From: Tubulanus polymorphus
Taxonomy: Eukaryota > Animalia > Nemertea
Assembly (NCBI RefSeq): GCF_964204645.1
Contig: NC_134027.1
Coordinates: 23,460,560-23,524,559 of the forward strand
Direction of reading: 5' to 3'
DNA: 64,000 nt
Of this stretch, positions 23,909-37,200 are shown one piece after another (the stretch's first letter is position 1; each line of letters begins with the position of its first letter). The notes below the pieces were generated by a model. That model searched no databases. It was given only the letters and a program-made list of their open reading frames with translations, and was not told the DNA's origin. A program made the position numbers and the translations under genes.

Positions 23909-26389
23909 GACCATTATATCTTACATAAAAACTCAAACTTGTTTTACTGCTTCGAATTGTATAGAAGTGAACTTTTTACAACGTGCACATAATATGTACT
24001 TATGATTTATTTGGGGTAGACATTTGTAGGGGCCTTCAATTTAGGTGGGGAGCGGGGTCCGGACCCCTCTAAATCTGCCCCTTGATAGATATGAATATCT
24101 ACGTTCGGTATTATTCTATTTTTGTATGTATTCTCTATGACTGTATGTTAATCGTTTGAAGTCTTAAACAATTGGCATAATGAACAACTAAACTGACTTA
24201 ATGAACAACTAAACTGACTTACTACTAGTTACTAACTTTATATCAACCCATTATAATAATTACATTTATCTTATGATCATTAAAGTCATCATTATAACTT
24301 ATCATAGTTAATATGACTATAACAATTATAGTTATCTAATGACTATAACACTTATAGTTACGTATCTAATGACTATATAGCAATCATGGTTATCTAACAA
24401 AGATGGAGTAGACTCCGCCTTGATCCGGTAATCTGTTCGATTCGGTGAAATAAAAATAAGATTTCCATTCATCCAATCACCCAGCCATCAATCCCCGAGT
24501 AACCATATGTATAACAATCTAACAATCAACAATCTAATCTGAGGAGTTAACAGTATGCTAAGTTTATTATCCTTGCTCAGCTGACATAAACGTACATTAT
24601 ATGGTTCTTTATATTCTAAGATCGCTGTGGAACTGTATAGCCTACCTGTATAGACTACTTGTTTCTAAAAATTTTTGAAAGTGAAGTTTGAAATATATAA
24701 TACATATACATCGAGGAAAACCATCTGAATTGTTTTTTTTTTGTATAACGATGATGTATTTTTAATAAAAGATTTTCCTTTATTTTCTTTGGAAAAAACT
24801 CTCAGTAAGTATACGTTTAATCGGTTTTCATCTCGGGATGTTGTAATCGGATCCAAAAATCGAAATTTTGCTTACAAATGAGGTTGTAACTTGAACACGT
24901 ACGTCATGCAATCCACTATATTCATGTGCAAGATGTAGCTTGATCATGCGGCTAAAATCTGTTGGAAATGGAATTTTGAAAGTTTCGTTGATTTTAAGAG
25001 AAATCGACGAATTTGTGGCGATTTTTAAGAAATCTGCCGCAGCCAATCAATGTAAGGGCATATTCGATTATACGACACAGACAAACCGGTCAATTAATCT
25101 GCTCGAATATTCGTGAGCCATTTTGTAGGATTTGCTTTCTCATTTCCCAGTCATTGGACAGTCTTATTATGAGTTTATTTTAAATTTGATAGTCGTCGTA
25201 TTGATTCCGCCTATTCTATTATGCAAAAATCGGCGATTCAATCGATACGCTACATCGTCGACGCGCGCACAATCGAATCGGCCCAAACCCGACGCCGCGC
25301 TGATTGACATTACTAGACCGCTATTAGATTTTCTATCGGTTTAGCGTTTATTTTACGAAGTAAGCAATTATTCATAACATAGAGTACTGATGATATTCAT
25401 TAGCCCCACAATTCATTCCGCATCCCATTGATCCCACATCTCATTAGTCCGCAACGTCTCAATGGTCCCACAATTTCTTCATTTGACTTACTATGCGCCC
25501 GAGATATAAAGATCCGAGGATCTCTTGGTTTCAGCTTGGAGTAATCATTTATTACACCAAGGTTTCAGTTAGTGGTCAGTCTACCCTGACTCGTAGCTAA
25601 ATTAAACTTTGAAGAAAGGTAAGAGTTTGTAAACGGTTTTTGAATAAATTTATTTTCTATTATGTACATGATTTATAATTCGACATAATCTGTTCTTGTT
25701 GATTTAATGAAAACTTTTGTATGCCGATCTTATTGCGTCATTTTTTGGTAATTAAAACCACACAACTGTGGATCGGAATGATCTACGTAGTTTTCTCAGG
25801 TTTATTCAGGGTAAGCCAAATCTGATTAAACTATAGGCTCTGTCGCAGTTCAGTTCAGTTCAGTTTCAGTTTATTGCTCCGAAATTAATACTTAATGCAC
25901 AGAACACAGAGTAGTTTACAAAATAATAACAATCAAATAATACATTTTTGATACAAAAAAAATAATACAGGATGGAATATCATGACTTTAAACATATGAT
26001 AATAAACCATTTTTAACGAATAATGCTAAAGTACTCAAGGCTTTACCTTTAGAATTTAGAAGGCGTGCGAATTGGCCTGGTAATCTCCAAATCACACTTA
26101 ATCGCAATTAAGCGTCATTTTCTAGGTTTGATCTTGGAGTAATCATTTGTCAAATGATTACTCCAAGGTTTGATCCAGTTAGATCTCGGTCGGATAAACG
26201 AGTGCTCACAGTTGTACTAGTAACTAGCAGTGGTTTCCAGCATCAAATGTGTTAAGTGGTGCTCTGAGATTAGCGAAGAATGAGGGTGTTAATTACTTAA
26301 CGTGTATCATCATCACATCACGAAGCGACTCATTGCTTTCAGAAGCCTGAATAAAAACGCACATAAAGTTTCTACCTGTGACGCTCGCA

Positions 26390-27397
26390 ATGGATTTCAA
26401 CGTTTCGACGACATGCGCTGCCGAACATATAATAGTTTCTCATATCATATTTCAAGGGATCATTTCACTGGTCATACTTTTCGGTAGCGGTATTTTGATA
26501 ATTTTGGTCGTTACGAAGCCGAATTTGCGCACGAATTTCACCAATTTACTGGTCAGTATGGCAGGCGCCGATCTTGCGGTCGGTGTGTACATGTTGTTGG
26601 CCGCTGTTGATGGTATCATCCATTCCACCACAAGTGATGCACCCTTTTGTTTTTGGTTGCATTTAGTTGGGACACTTTCTCTTATATCATCTTCTACTCA
26701 CGTAATGCTGATCGGTATAAACAGACATATGGCCGTCAAGTACCCCATCAAACACAGAAAACACGCCAGATTATCCACGTACATCAGTATTTGTGTCGGA
26801 TGGACGGTATCTTTTCTGTTCACGTTGTTGCGTTGTTTGTGGATGGTAAAATCGGGATTTCTAGAAGGCAAAGATTGCTGTCAAAAGTTCAGGATGGGTG
26901 GAACGGCCTATATTACGACTGTTACGCTCCTACTTGCTCTATTGGTACTTTTATTGTTGATTCTTCACGTGGATATCATTCGGCTTTTAGTGTGGAAGAG
27001 AAACCGACAGATAGCGCCCGCGATACGTTCTGGTATCCGGCATTACATTATTACACAACTGAGGAACACGATCAGAATTTCGGTGATGATTTTCTTTTCG
27101 TTCACGATCTGCTGGATGCCGTATCTGGTAGTCGCGTGGTACACACATTTCTACGGCTCGAGCGACACTATTCGATCCATGAGCTACAGTGTAGTTATCA
27201 TCCTGTACCTCAATTCACTGGTCAACCCGATTATCTATACGATATTCAATCCCGATTTCAAGAAAGCGTTTTGGTCAGTTCTGTGTTATTTGAAACGTCG
27301 TCGTCAGCGTCGGCTGCAGCAGGTGCAAGCCGCCCAAATCGGGACTATCACCGACCTTCCATCAAACGTACAGACTTTTAATGTGAGGCCATTATAA
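26390..27397 (+). CDS. Intronless class A GPCR, paralog 4 (335 aa from the conserved ATG at 26390)
   Basis: Intact 7TM ORF with the same motifs; AATAAA directly after the stop. Confidence 0.93.
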   Translation: MDFNVSTTCAAEHIIVSHIIFQGIISLVILFGSGILIILVVTKPNLRTNFTNLLVSMAGADLAVGVYMLLAAVDGIIHSTTSDAPFCFWLHLVGTLSLISSSTHVMLIGINRHMAVKYPIKHRKHARLSTYISICVGWTVSFLFTLLRCLWMVKSGFLEGKDCCQKFRMGGTAYITTVTLLLALLVLLLLILHVDIIRLLVWKRNRQIAPAIRSGIRHYIITQLRNTIRISVMIFFSFTICWMPYLVVAWYTHFYGSSDTIRSMSYSVVIILYLNSLVNPIIYTIFNPDFKKAFWSVLCYLKRRRQRRLQQVQAAQIGTITDLPSNVQTFNVRPL

Positions 27398-28139
27398 CTT
27401 ACCAATAAAACTCAAATTTGTGGCGATTGACACGAATATCGACTTTTGTCATTGTTACAAGGATATCGCAAAGAGGAACTACTTTTCATGGTTTCTATGG
27501 AACTGAAGAAAATGTGTCGCCAATAAGTGAATATTTCAAGCCAGCCTCAGGTTTGAACTTTATTCCCATTTTGCCTCTTCCCATTTCACCTTTTATGTAC
27601 ATTTTCAAAGACGCTAAATTCAATGTAGATAATGTAACATGATTGTGGTAAGTTGGCCTACCTTAAGTTATTTAGCTATGTAAGAGCCCAGGTGGGAAAG
27701 GCACAAATAAAAGAAGTGGCAAGGCGGAAAAAATTGGAAAGGGGTGAGATGGGAAGGGGACAGAATCGATAAGGGGCGACATCGAAAAGGGGCCAATTGG
27801 CGAGGAGTGAGATGGGAAGGGACAAAATGGGAACGGATTGGGGCCAAATAGGAAGAAACGAAATAGGAAGACACTGTTGGGTGTGTAATTTTCATATTTG
27901 AAACTATCTCTCAATGTCTATATGGGATAAACATGAAATTCTATATTTGGTATCATTCCGTGTTTTTGTATATATTTCAATGCAATAAATGTCATCGGGA
28001 ACAATCAAACTGACTCACTACTAGTCGATAACTTCATTAGCAACGCAACACAACAATTAAAACAATTACAGTTAACTTATGATTACACAGTAATCTAATA
28101 AGGCTAGAGCATACAATATATAAGTTTGAAATATTACCA

Positions 28140-29160
28140 GCAAATCTCATTTATCAAAAATTAAAATCAGAAGACACGACGTTTCGAATTTTCGCTATAC
28201 ATGTAGTAAGGCGTGAGGGAATGACCAAAAACTATAGAGGCAGGGGAGAACAAGTGAATTGGGTAGATTTTTGAGTGAGTGGGTAATAAGCGGTGTGTAA
28301 GGCATGAAGTACCGTACATTACAAGATGAGAATTATGCGGAGAAAAGCCATTTACCAAATGCGTTTCAAGCCAACTACATTTGCAGTTTGGAACTAACAT
28401 CCGAGTGACGAGTTTGGAGTAGAATTATTCTTCTGCAAAATTAACTCCATGACGAGTGTTACAATTAGCTACGCCACAAGTGAGTTTTTGATTTATCATA
28501 TCTTTCTCGTATTTCGAAATTCGAGTTTTCAATTCACGACCAGTTTCTTCAAAATAAGTTTTATCGTAGGCGAAACGAGGAATTTTGCACACTCCGCAGT
28601 CTACAGGTACCATTACTAATTTCATTCTCATAAATGAAAGTGATTCGTTTATCCAACAAAAGTATAGAGGGGTGATGAAACTTTTCCGAAACTGGTACAA
28701 ACGCTACTACGATGAATTCTGGAATTTGTTATTTATTTCCTGGAGGTTCAAAATTAAAGAACGCTCGTCTAGCTTTCAGAGATACAGTGGAACCACCTGA
28801 CAACGAACACCGACAAATACAGAATTGGTTAATTCTATATAACGCACTATAGGTTATAACGAACATATGTTCTGGTCCCGTTCAGTTCGCTGTAACGAGG
28901 TTCCACTGTAGCAATTTTCAAATATACAATGTGATCGGGTTTCTAACAGTCAGAGATTTGATTAAATTCTGCCGAAATAAATCTTTCATCGCAGATCCGT
29001 AATGAGGCATTGAGCGAGTCCAATTTTGAGCGATTTTAATATATTTAGATTATAATGTCCCCCACTGGGGACACTTGAATAACAGAATCAAGAACCGGAA
29101 CTATCTTCTGATCATTCATTTCTCCAAACTCCTCTTGAGGATCGATATACTGAAATGACT
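28140..29160 (-). mobile_element. Degenerate Penelope-like element fragment (GIY-YIG endonuclease), interrupted by a TcMar MITE at 28785-28908
   Basis: Minus ORF 28425-28700 GVCKIP...YFEETGRELKTRISKY matches the GIY-YIG pattern GVYxIPC...YIGETGRxLxxRIxEH; GAAACGTCG hammerhead half-motif at ~28175. Confidence 0.75.
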
Positions 29161-29284
29161 TTTGGTACCTACCATTTTCACATCGCGTACGTAAAATTGT
29201 CCAATTTCATTCAACATGAGTTATGTGTGTCATGTATTGTTATAGAAGTCCCTTGGATAAAGATCATAATGATTTTGAATTAAT

Positions 29285-29616
29285 CATTAGTCAATATTAA
29301 ATGGTAAATAAAATGGGCTTGCGCCCATCATATTGACCATTTAAGTTAAAGATTTGGGCGTTTGGCTAGATACAAATATGTCAATGGATACCCATGTTAA
29401 GGAAATGTGTAAATCCGCCTACGCCGGTCTTTACAAAATTGGACGTATTAGGAAATACTTGGAAAAGACCGGTAGAGCTAAATTAGTTCACGCGTTGGTC
29501 ATATCTCGACTAGACTTAAGTAAGTGTTCTTAACGGACTACCAGCTAAATCTCTAGCGCCACAATTATCAATATTATTATTATTGTTATTATTATTATTA
29601 CTATTATTATCATAAC

Positions 29617-29667
<51 letters not shown>

Positions 29668-29670
29668 CAT
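29285..29670 (+). mobile_element. L2/CR1-type LINE 3' fragment with (ATT)n tail
   Basis: Translates VKDLGVWLDTNMSMDTHVKEMCKSAYAGLYKIGRIRKYL...LVHALVISRLD (L2/CR1 RT thumb region), followed by ~100 bp of (TAT)n. Confidence 0.8.
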
Positions 29671-31284
29671 TTGAACATTCCATGTTTGTTGTCTTATTGT
29701 GTCAATTGGTGTGAATGCGCTAATGCTTGTGCGTCGCTGCCACTATTAGGTAGAAAGAAAGATATGAATAGGAGCGAGAGTTTGTGGTTGCTGTTATCAG
29801 ACTACCTGCGTGGATGCGCTGCCTCACACATACAAAAAATATCACATCATATAAAGTTTAAAATAATAGATATTCAGCCAACAAACTTGTATGATTATGA
29901 CGTACGTTTCTACATAGGGAAACCTAAATGTGGCGCAGCCTTGAGCTCTAGCTGGTACAAAACTTTGAGAGGTGTGTAGGTACGTAAGCAGCCCATACAT
30001 GGGTCGGTGGAATGTTGCGACGTGAAACAACGTTACAATATGTGAACGCCGGGCCATGTGGAGTGCAATGCGTCACTTGGAAGGCAAAAACAAATAAATG
30101 AAGGAAGGGTTTAGAGAGAGAAGTTTCATTTCAGCTTTGGAGATAGTAGTGAAGAAAGGGTGCAGAATTAAACGATTGGCTCATAGAAAAGAAAGTGTTC
30201 TAGTTATTGTCTCTGAGGGGATTTTATACCAAAAGAAACGGAACCAGGGGGTTAATGTACTCAACATCAGGAAGAATTAAGACACGAAAACCACCAAACC
30301 AACACCACCATCAACTTGTGTAAAAACAGAAAAATAATCAAAGATTTAACTGGTTATGCTAGTCAATATCTGGAAATGATGGATAGGACTTTCATCTGTT
30401 TTTTTTGGATGCATTAAATGATCTTGAAACCATTGAAGCTAAATTGCAACTCAGGACTCAAAACAAACGAGGTTTCGTTTGTAGGACCAGGTGATAGGAA
30501 ATTGTCATCGATCTTGCAAATCACTTGCGTCTTCATTTACTTGCGTCTTCATTTGTCCTACATAAATTTACATAAGTTGAACCTTGTTATAAATATATAC
30601 TGTACACATTTTCTGGTTCCCTGAAGTTCGTTGTAACGAGGTTCTGCTGTATGAGGTTAAGTCCCACATGACGTAGTTGGTCTTGAAATTGATCCAGAGG
30701 TATTTGAAGCCATAAACTCATAAGATCATCTATATTGTACCCACTGAGGAACCATATAAAAACAATTGATAATTGAGGAATTTACAGTATTTTATTCAAT
30801 CTTCAATTCATACAAATGTAGGTTAATGGTTCTCTAAATTCAAAGAGGGCAATTATACATTTCACAGCTACCGGTAGGTCCCTATCGACCTCTTATGATC
30901 AGTGTCATGCTCAATTCACTACTTAAACAGAACCGTTTGTTGATATAGTGACCCTTTAAAATGGGCAATTTGACACCCATTCCATGAAACTCACTGAGTT
31001 TAAGGACATCCCAATCCAATTCCGCTTTACATCGTATAATCAGGCCTGCCAGTAGTGACCAATTAACCTTCTGAAAGTCATTCCTTAAATTTGACCGTGT
31101 CTTCGTTTGACGTGTTCTGACCTCTGAGGAATAATCATTACCTAATCATCGATATCGTATAGGGCTCGCGAAGCTAGATCGCAATTCAGGATCCCTGCAT
31201 GATTACTACGAGAAATGCATTGCTGGTGTGGCCGCAGACAGCGCAGCCTGTATTTCATTACCAGTTGAACACGCCTTAAACTTG

Positions 31285-34200
31285 TCACCATAAAAATGGG
31301 GCTTTCTCTCGTAATGCTTTCACGCTGCGTTGTTTCCATTCGTTTTGTCGGATCCACAGTTCCTGCGACGTATCCAAACAAGACATCACCGCGGCCCCTT
31401 TCCAACACGCGAACTTCGGATCCATATCCTGAAGAGATAATACAGAGTATAGCCATTAGGTATTCAGTAAAAATTCTTAATTCATCATATCCACGTGTGG
31501 GTCCATAGTTAAATTAAACCCCTTATTACTTTGGAATTCACTTCAGAGTCAAATCAAACCCACACGACTGAGGGACTAGATTCAGTCAAATTAATCCCAA
31601 ACGCCTATGGAATTAGATCCATAGTGAAATTAAACCCCACACAACTGTGGAAATGGGTCCAGAGTCAAATTAAATCCTCACTACTATGGAACTGGATCCT
31701 GATTCAAATTGAACTCATTTGCCAGTGGAACTGGATCCACAGTGAAACTAAACCTACACAACCGTGGGACTGGGTCCAGGATCATGAGCGGATTCAAAGG
31801 CAGAACATTTTAACAAGTAAAGACAATTTTGGGTGAAACATGAGGTGAAACGCCTAGGTGTAAAATACACCCTGAGCGTATGATTTCCGACAACCTTAAA
31901 CTTTGACCTACATGCCCTAAAATGTTATCATTCTATCTTAAACAATCTATGAGTAAGAGGCCAGAAATGAAAAATAGAAAATGCCTTCCGGTGACCTTGA
32001 CCTTTGAACTACAGGACCCAAAATCTAATTAATAATTACCCACGGTCTCTTGGAAAACCCATTCATAAGTTTTAAACATGTTATCTTAAACCGTTTACGA
32101 GTAAGAGAAATGAAAAATACAAAAATTAAACCGGTGAAGGTTCCAAAGAATTATTGCTCAATGATGCTCATTAAAGGGTGTTTTAGGGGTCGTCAAATTT
32201 TGAAAATTACTCGTTTTCGCTGAATGTAAAAGGCATTCTGGACCTTTCGGATTAGGAACTTCTAGAAAATATGTAATTCACATTTTTCTGACTATGTCCT
32301 CGAATACAGTGGAATATAGCTTGGATCCGCTTCTGCTTTACGGCAAACCCATGGATTGAGGGGCATCTCCATGGGGCACGGACATAGCTTGATGGTGTTC
32401 CAGAACCCTCGGAAACCACACTACAAACCCACCACACCTGCCGGGAGCGAAACAGGGGGTTTGACTTTGAAATCAAAGTGTTGATTGGTGCTCTGAGGAT
32501 AGCGATGAAAGACGGGTGTTTATTAGCCTACGTGTAGTATCACATCGCGCGCCGCATCTTGTTGCGGGCAGATACCTGAATTAAAGACGCAGATGAAGTT
32601 TCTATCTGCGACGCTCACGATGGATATCAACGTGTCAACGACATGCGCTGCCGAGCATATCAAAGTTTACAATATGATATTACAAGGGATCATTTCACTG
32701 GTCATTCTTTTCGGTAGCGGTATTTTGATAATTCTCGTCGTTACGAAACCGAATTTGCGCACGAATTTCACTGATTTACTGGTCAGTATGGCAGGCGCCG
32801 ATCTTACGGCCGGTGTGTACATGTTGTTTGCCACTGTCGGAGGTATTGTCCGATCCTCCTTGAGTAACGTACCGTTTTGTTTTTTGTTGCATTCGTTTGC
32901 AACACTTTCCGTTATATCGTCTTGCGTTCACGTGGTGCTGATCGGTATAAACAGACATATGGCCGTCAAGTACCCCATCAAACACAGAAAACACGCCAGA
33001 TTATACACGTACATCAGTATTTGTGTCGGATGGATGATATCTGTGCTGTTCACGGCGCTGCGTTGTTTGTGGATGGTTAAATCGGGATTTCTAAAAGGTG
33101 ACGATTGCTGTCACAAGTTCGTTGTTAGCGGAACGGCCTATATTACTACTCTGACCTTCGTACTTTCAGTATCAGTACTTTTATTGTTGATTGTTCACGT
33201 GGACATCATTCGACTTTTAGTGTTGAAGAGAAACCGGCAGATAACTCCCGCGATACGTTCTGGGATAACGCAATACACCATGACACGACTGAGGAATACG
33301 ATCAGAATTTCGGTGATGATTTTCTTGTCGTTCACGATCTGCTGGATGCCGTATCTGGCTGTCGAATGGCACATACGTCTCCACGGCCCGAGCGACACTC
33401 TTCTATCCACGAGGTATCTCGTATTTATCATCCTGTTCCTCAATTCGTCGGTCAACCCGATTATCTATACAATATTCAATCCCGATTTCAAGAAAGCGTT
33501 TTGGTCAGTTCTGTGTTATTTGAAACGTCGTCGTCAGCATCGGCTGCAGCAGCAGCAAGCCGCACAAATCGAGACTATCGCTCACCCTCCACCTAATGTA
33601 CGAACCATTAATGTGAGACCATTGTAACTTACGATAAAACTCAAACTTGTGGAGCTGATAACTCAGACCGAGCTACATGGAAGTGGAATCTTTAAAAGTA
33701 TCACAGGTCAGGGCTCCAAAGAGGCGCAATTTCGCTTCGGAATGAAAATTTTGCTTCGTTTCCCCGCAATTTGACCTCGAACCAAAGGTTTGAAAGATAT
33801 TTCGGAGCGACAGCAGTTTAGGCATCTCTTGTGGTTATGTACCTAACAGCACCACGCAGTGGTAAGGTGACTATCATTCAGGTGACTATCATTCGGCTTT
33901 TATAGCTACCTACGCAGATCGTGACGCCGAACTTGTTTTCTTAAATACCGCCAAATTTATATTTCATGGACTTTTCACGTAAAAAATATTTTATGTATAT
34001 ATTAGATAATTACATTTTTTCTCTCTTCTCTTTATTGTTTATATTGTTCATCCGTTCTGTTTTTTGTTTTCTTTCATTCAAAATCGTGTACTCTTGATTT
34101 ATGATGAACTACAACATGAACTATAACCGCGATCACGCTAGCACTTTTGGCCCGGCCCAAATCGTCTGCGCCGGATCAGATGTGCTTGTGGCATTGCTAC

Positions 34201-37200
34201 ATACGTGCTGTATGAACGGTCCCGAAGATAAAGGTTCTGTATATGCACGTACTTTAATTATTTGAAAATTACACATTGCGTATATATATAATCTAAACAT
34301 AATGAGTATGTAATCATATTCTGTTATTCTGTGTTTCCAAGTATAGTCTCTCTTTGACGATATGTTTAATAATTTGAAGCCCCTCTCGATATTTATAGTT
34401 ATATAGTTGATATAATGAACGATTAAACTGATTACGTGGAGCTTGCCGTCGATAGCTCTTCGCCTCGTCATAATAATTACTACCGGTATCTTATTATCAG
34501 ATAACTTACGATTATAACAATTATAGTTATCTGAGTTGCTGGCCCTAAAATCTCGTGTCAGGTTCGAAGGATGGATCGGTTGTACGTATTGCACTTCTCT
34601 CCGATGTACTTCAGAGCGAAACGGGGTTAATCAACGATTAAGAACTGTCGTATCTAGTTACAGGTAATAGTCCCCTAGTAAATACCTACCTAGTTAGTTG
34701 CCTAATCGTTGGTGGTAAGCTTTTTATAATCGGATGGGCTTATACCAACCATTCCTGACTGTGGTTTGTGAAAATATCCGATCGTGAAACTAAACCACAG
34801 TCAGGTTACTGACTAATACCTACCGACACCACCACCGCCCCCTCCACCACCACGCTGGGGTTAAAATCTTCCCTGGTAAGAATTCCCTGAATGCCATCTC
34901 AAAACAAAATTCAACAAATTATTTCATATTCTCACGTTGAACTATCCTTGCTTACAGTGACAATTACTGACAACCGCTAGTAAAAGCTGGCACTTTTTAA
35001 TCACTTTTGCAAGGTAAAAGTGACACTTTTCTAATCGTTGAAGACCACAGCCCTCGTTCCAAAACATGACAGAAATCATGGATTTTTCATTTTGATTACG
35101 TGGGGAAAATGGATGAAATGTCGATGACAGACTTTAATGGACAATACGTTTATACAGGTATTAATCATAGGCATAACACATAATTTTCAAAAGAAATTAT
35201 AATTCAGGATACCACAAGTCAAAAGTAAGCACTTTTGGAAATTTTTGTGAAAAGTTATCATCTTTAAACAACACTGACTAGGTCAGCAGGTTGACGTGTA
35301 CTTGAAGGAATCATAAATACATGTTTAGAATCCAGGAAGGTAAGCTGATAATTCCCCGTATCATTCCTAGCACTTAAGAGTTACGTACATCCGGTAATAA
35401 GTCTCAATTAGCGCGGCCTACCTACACACTTTCAATCGACACTCATGTCAACACTATGATTTCCCCGTATTTCTACTGAAAAGTCTGATTTCTTTTGCGT
35501 TACGGCGTACAGGGATCATTGTACCATTGATGAAACTTCTGGGTGTATTGGAATTTTAGAAAAATAGAATTAGAAAACTGATAATATATTAACAAATACA
35601 CGGAGCAGTCCCTTCCTTCCGTAGTCAGTCTGTTGACGGCTGGGCTTTTAATCGAACAGCGCCAAAAAAATTGTGGAACGAGCTTCCTGTCAGCGTGTGG
35701 TAAAATTTGGGAAGCATCTGAACTGTTTCCTTTTTAATAAGGAAGTATCTCATCATCTGAAAAGCGTTCTGCAAGCCTCATTGTTATCATTAGCGAAAGT
35801 GAAAGCTAGTGTTCGGTTAATGTAGTTTATCTGTATCTGTATTTGCACTGTATCTGAATTGTACTTCTTTCATATTCTGTAAAGCGCCTTAAGAGCCTTT
35901 AGGCACTCTATAAGTTTTATATAATAATCATATGATGATAATCATTTAAGAAAGACTATTAGCCATGATCAGGCGTACTGCTACAGAATAAATCTAAGAT
36001 TTATTCATACTAGTATCAAACAAACGGACTGAGTGAGTGATTAAAAAGTTTAAAGGAGAACACGGATTAAAGTGATGCAAAAATAAAGACGAGAAAACAC
36101 AGGTTGAAAAAAAGGAGCAAAGGCAAATGGCGAACCAAGGGTGATAATACAAGTTGGAGTAATTAGACATTTTTCGCTGAACTATAACCATAACTAACCA
36201 TAATGCCTGTGCAGCATGCAATGCTTACCTTAGGAGATGTGATCACGTCCATTGTTTCGAGTTGCAGCCTAAAATGACTGGGCATTTGAGTCCAGATACG
36301 ATACTGAAGCCAACTATTAGCAGACGGTATCGCCGCCATACCGCCGCCTACTACTATTATACAACTATACATTCGCTTCTTCATCTCATCGGAATCTGTG
36401 AACGTAACAAGAAAATTTCTAAGAATTTCGAACAGTTTTGAAAATATGTCGAAGCTGGCTTAAGAGATACTGGTATCTATCGTAAGATGAATTCAAATTG
36501 TTCCCGAGTTGCACGGTATAGACTCAGCAAATTCGTCAATAGATGGGTTATGAGGCTAGAATTTCTTGATCTGGTCTTGTGCTGAGCCTCGGATATTTCG
36601 TGGCTAGTTTTCGCTATCTGTACATAGGCCAACTGGTTGCTTCAGCAAACATTAATCGTAAGATGTGCTTAAAGATGGAAGTCATTTGCTGTAGGTTACT
36701 ATCAAAATGATAATCATTTCAGTTATACTTTCATACATTTGCAGCAATTTGCCAATTCTTTATCGCCATCATCTAAGCTTAACGTGTGTTCAGGACTTTA
36801 CCCGAGACATTCTTAATCGAAAATGAACTACAATAACCAAACATTAGACATTTCATCGGCACAGTTTCAAAACCTGACCATCCACATGTGTTCAGGACTT
36901 CATCGGAGACGTTTTTTAATAATAAGAATAAGCTATAAACACCAGGCACGCATTAGATATTTCATTAGCATACTTTCAAAACCTGATCATCCACACTTCA
37001 CTTATGTTCAGGAATTCATCGGAGATGTTTTTAATTGAAAATGAACTACGAACGCTTCTGAACTACAACACGCAATATTTGGTCAGCACATTTTCAAAGT
37101 GATTTCCATGTTTCATGATTTCGATCGAAATTGCAAAGATTGTTTCGAGATCTACTAACCACATATATCGATGCTATGAAGAATCGCTTGATCGACGGCC

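Noticed and set aside
34133-34594. 153-aa minus-strand ORF in the ACTR8 last intron
   Set aside because: No ARP8 or other recognisable homology; lies within an AT-rich, TIR-like repeat.
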